Assembly (NCBI RefSeq): GCF_902652985.1
Contig: NC_047023.1
Location: 40,238,001 to 40,302,000 of the forward strand
DNA: 64,000 bases
From: Pecten maximus
Taxonomy: Eukaryota
Direction: 5' to 3'
Positions 39,061 to 53,229 of this stretch are shown here, one piece after another. The notes below the pieces were generated by a model. It did not search any database. It was not told where the DNA came from and was given only the letters and a program-made list of their open reading frames with translations. Each line of letters opens with the position of its first letter. The stretch's first letter is position 1. Made by a program: the position numbers and the translations under genes.

Positions 39061-39540
39061 GTACGGCTTTTCACCTCAAAGCGACACCTTTAAAATATTG
39101 ATACCCAGGTTCCGTGATCTTGGATCCGTCAGGGACTTACATTCTGTGTCATAATTTGTACGTGAAGTATGGCAAATAAACACAAACTCAAGATATATAA
39201 CGTTCGGGTAGTTTCATTAAGACAACACTGTATAATATATACAGAGACAAAGTATACAACTCTGTCATACACTCAGCACACATACTATATGACAACTTGA
39301 CAGTAATTTAGTAAACTAGCGGCTACATGGCCCTACCATAAACGATAGTACACACAACTACTGACAGTGAGTGTTACTATAACAGTCTTTTAAAGACTTT
39401 CATTCTGACTACGTGAGTCAGGGAGAGCTGATCCAGGCAGTCATATCGAGACTTTCCATCTGACTGACGAACTACGCAGGTGTACCGGCTTATATAGACA
39501 ACCGGGGCAATCCGCACGTGCAATATTCGTGCCAAATTAC
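39061..39540 (-). mobile_element. Truncated LTR copy created by the triplication. A second one lies at 43015-43495.
   Basis: Matches the first ~480 bp of LTR 46984-47613, ends at the unit junction, and has the same caga left flank. Confidence 0.92.
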
Positions 39541-42500
39541 GAATTCACCGCTTTTCAAGATAGAAGATGAAATGGCGGAAAGACTTTTTATGAGTACAAG
39601 TGGCAATACAAAAAAAAAAAAATTCTAGCTTTGGGAATTTTTCGTTTCTTCATATGGACACATGGTTTGTTGGATGTGCAATGATGTAAGGCAGCGAGTA
39701 TGTCGATTAGAAAACAGATTAGTCATATATATTGTCAATTGCAATTGAAGTGTAAGTCGCTATGTATTTGGGATAAAAAATGTAGCTCCCGTCGCCGTTC
39801 CGTTGTTACAGTGTTAAGGAACTGGGCCCAATTTATAGCATGATCATACGACATCCAAAATCGGTCATGTGACCCGGACGTTCTTACAGCAGGACACTGT
39901 CCAAGTTTTGGATTGGCCTTCAAAATCTCCCGATTTGGACTCAATGGAACAAATCAGCGGTGTCCTCCCTCAAGCTTACAGAAACTAGCGCGGGAATTGA
40001 ACGAGGAGTGAAACGGCATCCCGGCTCACACCATATGATGATATACAGGCTCTATGCGCCGGCCTTGTAATGTTGTGGTCCTAGCCAATGGTGGTCATAT
40101 ACACGTTACTAACACCGTTCTTGGAGACATGACCACCACACAAAATCACCGAACCGGAACGGATTTTGGTCGGCATTTAAGCGTCCTTAGAAGGACATCA
40201 TACTTCAAGATTTGATCCCTCATTTACTACATTTCACTAAAACCTGACATATCTACCGCCGTTTCAAACATCGATAATATTTCTTTATTTGTTAAGTATA
40301 TATTCACAACTACTAGTCTGAGGCCGGATTCACCGGAGACGGCAAGGAGAAACCAACAGTGTGTAGAATATTGACAAACTTAAACATGTAAGATGATAGA
40401 TAAAAAAGCCAACACCAATTCTGTACGATATTCAATGTAAATTTATACTTGTTGTGTTGACAATAAAATATTTTGAAATTGAAAATAGATAAAAAAAAAA
40501 GTTTTTGTGTGTTCTTCGGGTTCCATTGTGACTAGTTTAATATCCGATTTTGTTCATATTTAGTGCTTTTTACATCGTAAAACATAGAACCGTATCCGAT
40601 TGTCGCAAACACCAGGTATGGGGAATTGCAATATTCACTATAGCGCTTCTGGGCAAATACATAAATCCACGATTTCGTCTTTTGAATAGCTATACTCTTG
40701 CATAATGTATCTTCCTATGGGGATTTTGGGGATCAGACTCGTTTCCGTTGTCATAACAAACTAAAAAACATGCGCTTACATTTGTTTGTTGTTTTGGGGC
40801 GTTTATATCATCGCAACAGCAGGGTCATATAAGAGTGGGTTTCAAAGAAACAACAACAGTCGAGGTCATTTGAGGACGGGTGTCTAGGAGAAATCAACAG
40901 TCGTGGATGAACCGGGATATCAATAACATGTTTTATGAATAAATTCTATCATTTGGTGCAACATTTCTTCTACCCAATATGTTAATGATTCCTTTAAGCC
41001 TTGCTAATTAATAAATAATAACTACGATGATTAATTATATGTAGAGCCACATTAAATTCTATTCCAAGGAGTGACAATTGTGTTGAGCCCTACTAAGTAA
41101 GTATCTTGTCTATGTTTTTTTTTTTACTTCTAATTAACATTACTTAGTCAACTTTCGGAACGATCTAAAATAAATTCCTAAAACCGAAAAACTTAAAAGA
41201 CTTTCATAACAAAATTCCATGGCAGAGAGTCAAAAGCTTTCTCAAAATCTAGCAAATGCAACATGCCTGGTATGTCTTTTTATTCTGTGTATTGCATAAT
41301 ATCATAAACTAGCCTTGTGTTCTCTCCAATGTATCTTCCTGCAAGAAATCCTGTTTAGTCATGACTAATAAGCTTATCTTACACAATTTTAATTCGATTT
41401 GCGATTACCCCAGAAGCTAATGTTTAAAAGGGAAATGGTTCTCTCGTTTTAATGGAATATCTAGGTGTATATCCCTTGATATTCCTAGTTTTAATTCCTT
41501 GTCGTTGTACAATATAAATATGACAAGTGACCATTTTAAAAATTAAGTTTATAGACCGAACTACAAACATACCAATTTTCTTCTTTTTTTTATTACTATT
41601 ATTAATTTTTTCCATCCGGTCGAATCAGAGTGATTAATATAAATCAAAATAAATTTGTTTCGCAATTGTTGTTAACTAAATAATGTTTGCATTTTTCAAA
41701 TATTCACGAAAGTTATATTTATATAGCGGCATGACGGTTTACCTAAAAATACTCACATTTACACTGAAGCCTAAATCTAATTAAAATTACATTTTAAATT
41801 TCTACTCCTCTACAATACACTGCAATACAAGTCCAACTATAAAACTTTACAAAGCTAACTTGAAGTTTACGAGTCCATAGCTTCCAAACCTTTATCATAA
41901 CGTCATTTTTATTGCGCCGTCATAATTGTGACGTCGGCAATAAGGAAATATGCCTGTGGCTGTTCCGTCTTTGACGATATTTTTTTCATTGATGGTACGA
42001 GCAAAATTCCTCGATTAAGCCTTTAAAACTCGTTGTCAAATGCAAATACATATATGAACGTTTACTTGTTTTCAGTTGGAAGTTATGGGCTGATGAATGC
42101 TAACTGGACAAAGGCAAATTCAACATGAAGCTCTAGTGCGCTTCATTAACATTGTCTTTGTCCAGTTGGCTTTCATCAGCCCATAACTTCCAACTGTAAG
42201 CAGTTGAATGCTTATACATACCTGTACCAAACAATACATAATGATACATACCTACGGTTTGGAATGTAGTTGATAATATTTGAAATATCATCATTATATT
42301 ATTTCCTGGACTTCGTAGCGTTGTTGTTAACCACGTATTAAAAGGGGCGTAACTCTTACAGGAAATTCACGAAACAATAAATGAAGATAGTTGTTCTTTT
42401 ATTTCTTTCACTAATCTTACTTATGAGTAATACAATATATGTGATATATATAAAACATCTTGTGCGGATATCTAAGACATAATTACAAATGCACAAGAGT

Positions 42501-45500
42501 TACTTTAAACAGCATGTATCGGTTACGCTTTTTACTTTTTCGACCAATATGATTGAAATTCGAGCCATATAATACACATGATATACATAACAATATTAAT
42601 ATGTGCATGATGATAGATGTGATAGGGTCAGATATACACTGTAGCTGTTATATTGTCGTGGTTTCAGTCATGTCTCTTTATGTGTGTTATCGTTTACAGG
42701 GAGTGTTCTGTTTACCTGTGATGTTTATTTATAATGTCCATGTGCGTCCGGTAGTCATGTACTGTTGCGTCTATATTGATCGTTAACCTGTTTGTCCAGT
42801 CGTGTGCGGGTATGTTAGAGTGTGAAGGGATGTAACCCTGGTAAATACTAGCCGCAATATATCGCTCGGCTAGAGAGATCTTCTCTGTGTATTGTTTTTT
42901 TGTCATGCACCCAACTTGATCTGAGTCTCCTAAGTTATTCATTTCAAGTCATGTAGAGATGATGAACTGATTTGGTAATGGTGTTTGAAATTGACAGAAG
43001 GGAATTTAGACAGATGTACGGCTTTTCACCTCAAAGCGACACCTTTAAAATATTGATACCCAGGTTCCGTGATCTTGGATCCGTCAGGGACTTACATTCT
43101 GTGTCATAATTTGTACGTGAAGTATGGCAAATAAACACAAACTCAAGATATATAACGTTCGGGTAGTTTCATTAAGACAACACTGTATAATATATACAGA
43201 GACAAAGTATACAACTCTGTCATACACTCAGCACACATACTATATGACAACTTGACAGTAATTTAGTAAACTAGCGCCTACATGGCCCTACCATAAACGA
43301 TAGTACACACAACTACTGACAGTGAGTGTTACTATAACAGTCTTTTAAAGACTTTCATTCTGACTACGTGAGTCAGGGAGAGCTGATCCAGGCAGTCATA
43401 TCGAGACTTTCTATCTGACTGACGAACTACGCAGGTGTACCGGCTTATATAGACAACCGCGGCAATCCGCACGTGCAATATTCGTGCCAAATTACGAATT
43501 CACCGCTTTTCAAGATAGAAGATGAAATGGCGGAAAGACTTTTTATGAGTAAAAGTGGCAATACAAAAAAAAAAAAAATTCTAGCTTTGGGAATTTTTCG
43601 TTTCTTCATATGGACACATGGTTTGTTGGATGTGCAATGATGTAAGGCAGCGAGTATGTCGATTAGAAAACAGATTAGTCATATATATTGTCAATTGCAA
43701 TTGAAGTGTAAGTCGCTATGTATTTGGGATAAAAAATGTAGCTCCCGTCGCCGTTCCGTTGTTACAGTGTTAAGGAACTGGGCCCAATTTATAGCATGAT
43801 CATACGACATCCAAAATCGGTCATGTGACCCGGACGTTCTTACAGCAGGACACTGTCCAAGTTTTGGATTGGCCTTCAAAATCTCCCGATTTGGACTCAA
43901 TGGAACAAATCAGCGGTGTCCTCCCTCAAGCTTACAGAAACTGGCGCGGGAATTGAACGAGGAGTGAAACGCCATCCCGGCTCACACCATTTGATGATAT
44001 ACAGGCTCTATGCGCCGGCGTTGTAATGTTGTGGTCCTAGCCAATGGTGGTCATATACACGTTACTAACACCGTTCTTGGAGACATGACCACCACACAAA
44101 ATCACCGAACCGGAACGGATTTTGGTCGGCATTTAAGCGTCCTTAGAAGGACATCATACTTCAAGATTTGATCCCTCATTTACTACATTTCACTAAAACC
44201 TGACATATCTACCGCCGTTTCAAACATCGATAATATTTCTTTATTTGTTAAGTATATATTCACAACTACTAGTCTGAGGCCGGATTCACCGGAGACGGCA
44301 AGGAGAAACCAACAGTGTGTAGAATATTGACAAACTTAAACATGTAAGATGATAGATAAAAAAGCCAACACCAATTCTGTACGATATTCAATGTAAATTT
44401 ATACTTGTTGTGTTGACAATAAAATATTTTGAAATTGAAAATAGATAAAAAAAAACAAAAAAACATTCTGTTTTTGTGTGTTCTTCGGGTTCCATTGTGA
44501 CTAGTTTAATATCCGATTTTGTTCATATTTAGTGCTTTTTACATCGTAAAACATAGAACCGTATCCGATTGTCGCAAACACCAGGTATGGGGAATTGCAA
44601 TATTCACTATAGCGCTTCTGGGCAAATACATAAATCCACGATTTCGTCTTTTGAATAGCTATACTCTTGCATAATGTATCTTCCTATGGGGATTTTGGAG
44701 ATCAGACTCGTTTCCGTTGTCATAACAAACTAAAAAACATGCGCTTACATTTGTTTGTTGTTTTGGGGCGTTTATATCATCGCAACAGCAGGGTCATATA
44801 AGAGTGGGTTTCAAAGAAACAACAACAGTCGAGGTCATTTGAGGACGGGTGTCTAGGAGAAATCAACAGTCGTGGATGAACCGGGATATCAATAACATGT
44901 TTTATGAATAAATTCTATCATTTGGTGCAACATTTCTTCTACCCAATATGTTAATGATTCCTTTAAGCCTTGCTAATTAATAAATAATAACTACGCTGAT
45001 GAATTATATGTAGAGCCACATTAAATTCTATTCCAAGGAGTGACAATTGTGTTGAGCCCTACTAAGTAAGTATCTTGTCTATGTTTTTTTTTTTACTTCT
45101 AATTAACATTACTTAGTCAACTTTCGGAACGATCTAAAATAAATTCCTAAAACCGAAAAACTTAAAAGACTTTCATAACAAAATTCCATGGCAGAGAGTC
45201 AAAAGCTTTCTCAAAATCTAGCAAATGCAACATGCCTGGTATGTCTTTTTATTCTGTGTATTGCATAATATCATAAACTAGCCTTGTGTTCTCTCCAATG
45301 TATCTTCCTGCAAGAAATCCTGTTTAGTCATGACTAATAAGCTTATCTTACACAATTTTAATTCGATTTGCGATTACCCCAGAAGCTAATGTTTAAAAGG
45401 GAAATGGTTCTCTCGTTTTAATGGAATATCTAGGTGTATATCCCTTGATATTCCTAGTTTTAATTCCTTGTCGTTGTACAATATAAATATGACAAGTGAC

Positions 45501-47613
45501 CATTTTAAAAATTAAGTTTATAGACCGAACTACAAACATACCAATTTTCTTCTTTTTTTTATTACTATTATTAATTTTTTTCCATCCGGTCGAATCAGAG
45601 TGATTAATATAAATCAAAATAAATTTGTTTCGCAATTGTTGTTAACTAAATAATGTTTGCATTTTTCAAATATTCACGAAAGTTATATTTATATAGCGGC
45701 ATGACGGTTTACCTAAAAATACTCACATTGATACTGAAGCCTAAATCTAATTAAAATTACATTTTTAATTTCTACTCCTCTACAATACACTGCAATACAA
45801 GTCCAACTATAAAACTTTACAAAGCTAACTTGAAGTTTACGAGTCCATAGCTTCCAAACCTTTATCATAACGTCATTTTATTGCGCCGTCATCATTGTGA
45901 CGTCGGCGATAAGGAAATATGCCTGTGGCTGTTCCGTCTTTGACGATATTTTTTTCATTGATGGTACGAGCAAAATTCCTCGATTAAGCCTTTAAAACTC
46001 GTTGTCAAATGCAAATACATATATGAACGTTTACTTGTTTTCAGTTGGAAGTTATGGGCTGATGAATGCTAACTGGACAAAGGCAAATTCAACATGAAGC
46101 TCTAGTGCGCTTCATTAACATTGTCTTTGTCCAGTTGGCTTTCATCAGCCCATAACTTCCAACTGTAAGCAGTTGAATGCTTATACATACCTGTACCAAA
46201 CAATACATAATGATACATACCTACGGTTTGGAATGTAGTTGATAACATTTGAAATATCATCATTATATTATTTCCTGGACTTCGTAGCGTTGTTGTTAAC
46301 CACGTATTAAAAGGGGCGTAACTCTTACAGGAAATTCACGAAACAATAAATGAAGATAGTTGTTCTTTTATTTCTTTCACTAATCTTACTTATGAGTAAT
46401 ACAATATATGTGATATATATAAAACATCTTGTGCGGATATCTAAGACATAATTACAAATGCACAAGAGTTACTTTAAACAGCATGTATCGGTTACGCTTT
46501 TTACTTTTTCGACCAATATGATTGAAATTCGAGCCATATAATACACATGATATACATAACAATATTAATATGTGCATGATGATAGATGTGATAGGGTCAG
46601 ATATACACTGTAGCTGTTATATTGTTGTGGTTTCAGTCATGTCTCTTTATGTGTGTTATCGTTTACAGGGAGTGTTCTGTTTACCTGTGATGTTTATTTA
46701 TAATGTCCATGTGCGTCCGGTAGTCATGTACTGTTGCGTCTATATTGATCGTTAACCTGTTTGTCCAGTCGTGTGCGGGTATGTTAGAGTGTGAAGGGAT
46801 GTAACCCTGGTAAATACTAGCCGCAATATATCGCTCGGCTAGAGAGATCTTCTCTGTGTATTGTTTTTTTGTCATGCACCCAACTTGATCTGAGTCTCCT
46901 AAGTTATTCATTTCAAGTCATGTAGAGATGATGAACTGATTTGGTAATGGTGTTTGAAATTGACAGAAGGGAATTTAGACAGATGTACGGCTTTTCACCT
47001 CAAAGCGACACCTTTAAAATATTGATACCCAGGTTCCGTGATCTTGGATCCGTCAGGGACTTACATTCTGTGTCATAATTTGTACGTGAAGTATGGCAAA
47101 TAAACACAAACTCATGATATATAACGTTCGGGTAGTTTCATTAAGACAACACTGTATAATATATACAGAGACAAAGTATACAACTCTGTTATACACTCAG
47201 CACACATACTATATGACAACTTGACAGTAGTTTAGTAAACTAGCGGCTACATGGCCCTACCATAAACGATAGTACACACAACTACTGACAGTGAGTGTTA
47301 CTATAACAGTCTTTTAAAGACTTTCATTCTGACATAGTGTGTCAGGGAGAGCTGATCCAGGCAGTCCTATCGAGACTTTCCATCTGACTGACGAACTACG
47401 CAGGTGTACCGGCTTATATAGACAACCGCGGCAATCCGCACGTGCAATATTCGTGCCAAATTACCTGTACTCGGAACACTTCCGCTGTCAAATGACTAAG
47501 GAGCCCCGAATAGTGTAAACAGCCGGTATATCGAAAAATACAGTGGAACTTGTAAGTAGACAGTCACCATATAATCTACTCAATAAAGTTTAAACATTTC
47601 CTCGACTTTTACA

Positions 47614-47629
47614 CTCCTCCCCCCTTAAG
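47614..47629 (-). other. Polypurine tract
   Basis: Minus strand cttaaggggggaggag immediately before the TG of the 3' LTR. Confidence 0.88.
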
Positions 47630-49568
47630 ACAAAAAATACAACTTTTTGTCAAAATTTACATAATTTATAAACTTTGATGACAAAGAAATATATCTCAGC
47701 AGATCGTACAAAAACTACACAGGTCGGCACAACATCAGCTTTAACATGCAATTGTAGTTGCAAAGTACAACGTCACTACAAAACATACTTTCACAAAGTT
47801 TTGTACACAATTAAGGTTCCAATCAGTTCTGATGGCGATACCAACTTACTACCTACATTTTGTATAAACAATAATCATACATATATAATTGATACAACAC
47901 CTGATACAATCTTCAAAAACATTTAATATAAATAGGGATACGTCCCTCTTACGAATTCTTAACACATGTAAACAAACATTATACATATTGTAGGTGCTAC
48001 AAAATAATCACATAATAATTTAGCATAGAATCCAGTACTACAAAATAATTCATGAACCCTGTCTATTAATTACAATGTGACAGTAGATTTGGAATGAAAT
48101 TCTTTACTTAAAATAATTCATGAATTCATACAACATATTCAACCAGCAATTTAACACCTAAATTCCATACACTGCACAACACTCGTATAAAGTACACACT
48201 AAACAATCAGATTGAGCACACACAACAATCACAAACATTACTTGAATCATTATATCCACTCCCCTAGAAACCTATATTACAAAATGTAATGATAGTGTTA
48301 CTACATGTATGTTACAACATCAATATATAAATGGAACTACAATCACAGAACTACACAGCACACTCCTCTTTGTGTTAATAGCTTCAAGAGCATAATTCAA
48401 AGTGCCCAGTACACTTTTTTTTTCATGAATTTGCTTACCATGCCAGGGTAACATGGTCAACCATTGCGTTTTACCAAAACTACCTACATGGTTGCTCACT
48501 CTTCAGAAGCACAAACACAATAAAAACAAGTTCCTGTATAACAAAATAACAATAAAATAAAATATAAGACAAAATGCATAACAAAATAAGCACTTGATTA
48601 TCTCGAGCTCTGCCACATCAAATTCATTCTGTACATAACCACAGACAATATGTACAGAGTCACTACATAATGGCAAGATACACTAAGTATCCAGTTCCAG
48701 TAATTTTTAAGTATCCAAATCATAAAGTACTTTAAGCTGTACACACAATGAAAGCAACTCGCACACAAACACAGCTTCCGGGAAAACACGAAGTCATTTA
48801 CAATCCATGTGTTGCTACTCCAATAGTTGGTTCCACTTTACCCACTGTACTGTCTTAGAAACATACACATTTACAAACTCTTATTGGTTCCACTATACCC
48901 ACTGTACTGTCTTAGAGATAGACATACCTCTACAACCTCTAAGTGACGTTACTAGTCAGCTAGCACTGAGACAATCTCACACACCCATAGTTAGCTCTAG
49001 GTTGACCCGACTCCTTTCCTTCAGAGTCATATTCTAAAATGGGTTCCTCTTCCATATTTAGACAGGACATCGTATCACTCCAAAAATTCCACATTACTAC
49101 CCAAGTAGTTCAACCAAGGAACAAAAGTCTCCTTATAAAGTTTAATATAAACCACAAACACTGCTAACCTGTCACCTGAGGCTGAGTACAGCATTATCAC
49201 TTCTGCTTTTCAACTCTAGCCTCCTAGACTTTGGTATAGATTTAAACTTAAACTAAGACTTCACAAGATACCAGGAACCTTCACCATACCCTGTAGCATT
49301 AACAAAGGAAAACTCTGACTATATTATTAAACCAAGCCAATTATAACAACTTTTCCAACTACAGATTAAAGACGCGTTTCTGTGTTCGACATACTTCCGG
49401 TATACATCAGGATTTTTCCGGAAATACCAAGTACAATGTATATTCATAAAAGCTGCCACTCCCTCCAAGTAAACACACACGAATAAAGTCTATTTGCCAT
49501 TACTTCATTTCACTTTTACAAATCTTATCACACCAACATTTCAAAAATGCCCAAAACGGGTTGCCAAG

Positions 49569-49589
49569 ATCCTGGTCAGTACGGCACCA
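49569..49589 (-). other. Primer-binding site, tRNA-His type, with a 3-nt insertion
   Basis: Plus strand atcctggtca-gta-cggcacca versus the invertebrate tRNA-His 3' end ATCCTGGTCACGGCACCA (recalled, not searched). It lies 1 nt from the LTR end. Confidence 0.75.
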
Positions 49590-50526
49590 ATGTAAAAGGA
49601 GCGGCTTTTCACCTCAAACCGACACCTTTAAAATATTTATACCCGGGTTCGGTGATCTTGGGTCCGTCAGGGACTTACATTCTGTGTCATAATTTGTACG
49701 TGAAGTATGGCAAATAAACACAAACTCATGATATATAACGTTCGTGTAGTTTTATTAAGACAACACTGTGTAAAATATACAGAGACAAATTATACAACTC
49801 TGACATACACTCAGCACACATACTATATGACAACTTGACAGTAATTTAGTAAACTAGCGGCTACATGGCCCTACAATAAACGATAGTACACACAACTACT
49901 GACAGTGAGTGTTACTATAACAGTCTTTTAAAGACTTTCATTCTGACATAGTGTGTCAGGAAGAGCTGATCCAGGCAGTCATATCGAGACTTTCCATCTG
50001 ACTGACGAACTACACAGGTGTACCGGCTTATATAGACAACCGCGGCAATCCGCACGTGCAATATTCGCGCCAAACTACCTGTACTCGGAACACTTCCGCT
50101 GTCAAATGACTAAGGAGCCCCGAATAGTGTAAACAGCCGGTATATCGAACAATACAGTGGAACTTGTAAGTAGACAGTCACCATATAATCTACTCAATAA
50201 AGTTTATAAATTTCCTCGACTTTTGCACAGATAAGACAAGGTAGTATTTGTTGATACAAGATAGAAGAACATGGTTAAAGACAAATTTCAGAGAACACTA
50301 CACTTCTCAGTATAAAATTCTTTCTTCTTTACCGCACAGGTGTTTGCTTCAGGTAAGTATTTATAACGGAAATAATAGTCACTGCTCTAAATTACTATAT
50401 CAACAAGGTGTAACACTCAAAGATCAGAAGATGAATTGAGTGTGTAACGGAAGTACGCTTTTGATTGGTCAAAAATATGCAGACTACTTTCTGTCCACAG
50501 TTGAATAAGGGTTATTTTTCTATATA

Positions 50527-51015
50527 TTTACCGTTACCTGTGCTTGCTGCTACCATCGTAAACCAAAATTGCTTATGGGCATATACAGTTTAGAAATGGA
50601 TCCCGATACCTACTATATTTTTCCTGGTATAGCTACGCTTACATACTTTAAATATTAATTTTGGTTTGGTTTTATTTTGTTTAACGTCCTATTAACAGCC
50701 AGGGTCATTTAAGGACGTGCCGTGTTTGGAGGTTGGAGAAAGCCGTAGTACCCGGAGAAAAAACCACCGGCCTACTGTCAATATGTTTACCGTTACCTGT
50801 GCTTGCTGCTACCATCGTAAACCAAAATTGCTTATGGGCATATACAGTTTAGAAATGGATCACACTACCTACTATGTTTTCCGGATATAACTGCGCTTAC
50901 ACACTTTAAATATCAATTTTGGTTTGGTTTTATTTTGTTTAACGTCCTATTAACAGCCAGGGTCATTTAAGGACGTGGCAGGTTTGGAGGTTGGAGAAAG
51001 CCGGAGTACCCGGAA
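50527..51015 (+). repeat. 259-bp tandem duplication including the SINE 3' half
   Basis: tttaccgttacctgtgcttgctgctacc...cccgga starts at 50527 and again at 50786. Confidence 0.9.
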
Positions 51016-51117
51016 TACCTGACAACTGCCCCACGTAGGTTTCGAACTCGCAAGCCAGAGGTGGAGGGCTAGTGATAAAGTGTCGGTACACCTTAACCAC
51101 TCGGCCACCGCGGCCCC
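50917..51117 (-). mobile_element. tRNA-derived SINE, near full length, small internal deletion
   Basis: Minus strand ggggccgcggTGGCCGAGTGGttaagg (A box), GAGTTCGAAAC (B box), ccgggtactccggctttc central domain, aaaaccaaacc tail. Confidence 0.9.
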
Positions 51118-51689
51118 TATTCAATATCTATCTATAAATAAACTTTCTTTATAAGAACAGAAAACCATGCATCATATAATATTTATTAGCATATCTTTAG
51201 GTATTCATAGGACGATGCTTCGATCTGTATTTTTCCATTTGCTGTATAATCGCATATTGATTGCACAATGCAAATGTACTTACAAATATCTTTTCTAAAT
51301 TACACAATACAAAATGAAATAGAAACACAGAAAAAGGGGTAACCTAGCTAGTGTACCCACTAGATATATAGTTAATTAGTAGGACTAGGATTATCATCCA
51401 AAGTTTGACCAAAGTATGTAGTAATAGACGATTTTTAGCCATGTATTGTTACTCACTAAAGGTGTATGTTATTCCATCAGGACACTACAGTGGATGACTC
51501 TCTGAACAGCCATGAAAAGGAGCTCTATAAAAGTGACATTGAGGCCCTTAAACACTGCTGGCAAAAGTGTATAGATACTGAAGGGGGTTATATTGAAAAA
51601 TTATACAATATCTGGCAAAATTCAAATCCTTCAATATGAGGATAACAACATATCAATAAGCCCTCGTTTGTTGGGAGAGGTCGATTCAT

Positions 51690-51925
51690 ATATCAACTAT
51701 AGTCTGTCTTGTTGTGCCTCTCTGTATACAACCAGCTCTGCATCGAGATACCTATCCCAGTCATTAGACTTCTCCAAGCATGGGTTCCTCAACCTGGATT
51801 CTAGTGTTCCACTAAACCTCTCCACAGGTCCACTACACTAGGGTGATATGGAGTGATAGAAGGTTTCGACATGGATAATAGACGACTTACATTAAATCTG
51901 GAGTGAATTGTGTCCCTTAGTCACT
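51690..51925 (-). pseudogene. Gypsy-type integrase core fragment
   Basis: SD*GTQFTPDLM, then TPYHP*CSGPVERFSGTLESRLRNPCLEKSNDWDRYLDAELVVYREAQQ (cf. TPYHPQ.NGLVERFN.TL...DWD.YL...LFAYRE.PQ). Confidence 0.82.
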
Positions 51926-53229
51926 CAGGATTTCCCGTGGAACGCCTACTCGTGAAAATATCTGTAAAATGGGATTCCGATACATGTTCCATCCCAATGG
52001 TCTTCAGTGGAACAGCTTCGGAATAACGTTTTGCATAATACGTATTGCGGAATAACCCGCAATTCACGTTATAAAATTGGGTGCAGGTACTGCTTGTATC
52101 TGTTTCGATGAGAAATCTTGTACTTGCATGTATTAACGAAACAAGTTTAGAGCACGACGCTTTAATATAAAACATAGGATACATTACTGAGTTACCTCCC
52201 TTGTCTGTAAGCTCTTTCCGGTTTCAACAAGAAGATGAAATCAATTTGGCAGTGGAACAAATTCGTTCAATTAAGTATCAGAAACTGTTTGTTAGCAGGA
52301 AATAAGATTTCAAAAATATGTATAGATATTTGTTTTTTACGGATAAACCTAATTTATCCGTAGATGTGCAAATTTAGGCCTGATTGTGGCCGATTGCTTC
52401 TCGTGTTAAAAAATGTATCCGACGCCATGCTAGTCACACATGGCGCGATTGAAATACACATTATAGATATAGTGCGACTATCAGATATTAAATATCTAGT
52501 CATGCAATTTCACTCATTTAATTTTGAAGTACTACATTTGAAAATGTTTATAAAGTCAATTTATGTTGGTAAATGTCTGTGCCAGTTATGCGTATAATAT
52601 GGGCGATGGCCACGGGGTGCCGATTGATTTGGAACCCAAGTTTAATGATTATGTGTCATTATTATCAGTGATCAGAATCGTTCAAATGCATTATGTTGCC
52701 TATTTATAAAACGAAACATAGCATGGTGTTAAAATTATGTGTATGTTCTGTGTAACGGAACCAATGTGCTTTATAAATATGGCATTACCTCGCCTGACAT
52801 TAAATTGCTGTTGGTTGATGTCGTTATATGATTAGAAAGGGGCCATCCGAGTCGGTTATGTCAAAGAGGAATAGAGGGACTGATCCAGGCAACAATGAAC
52901 CTCATTCAGATCTACCCGTGCAGGTCATTGAAGGTGGAGATCCCCTGGAGACCACGTTTACAAGGGAGTCCCTATGGCAACCAGCAGTCACATGACAACA
53001 GTCATCAGAACCATCTACAGGTACACCAATAACTCAAATTGTCAGTGTAAAATGATCTGGGAATTTTGTTGCTAATCAAGCTCGGTGAATGTAGTAATGC
53101 ACAGAAAATATGCTTGATTGTTATTTGATGGGGTGCTGATAGTCAGGCCTAAAACAGCTACAAAAACGATATATAAAAATATAACTAGACAGTTGACTGA
53201 TGATCGTGCATTCGTAGTTAAAATGAGCA

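Larger units (their letters stand above)
35575..47464 (+). repeat. Tandem triplication of a ~3.96-kb unit (35575-39540, 39541-43495, 43496-47464)
   Basis: Each unit starts gaattcaccgcttttcaagatag and ends gtgccaaattac. The same short ORFs recur three times in the ORF track. About 99% identity by eye. Confidence 0.98.
46984..50227 (-). mobile_element. Non-autonomous LTR retrotransposon (Gypsy-like signals): LTRs 49591-50227 (5') and 46984-47613 (3'), ~1977-bp non-coding interior
   Basis: LTRs of 637 and 630 bp with TG...CA ends (tgtaaaag / cttttaca). 4-bp TSD CAGA at 46980-46983 and 50228-50231. PBS and PPT present. No long ORF inside. Confidence 0.93.

Noticed and set aside
51030-51117. tRNA gene
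   Set aside because: The A and B boxes belong to a SINE head continuous with the SINE body. No complete cloverleaf is evident.
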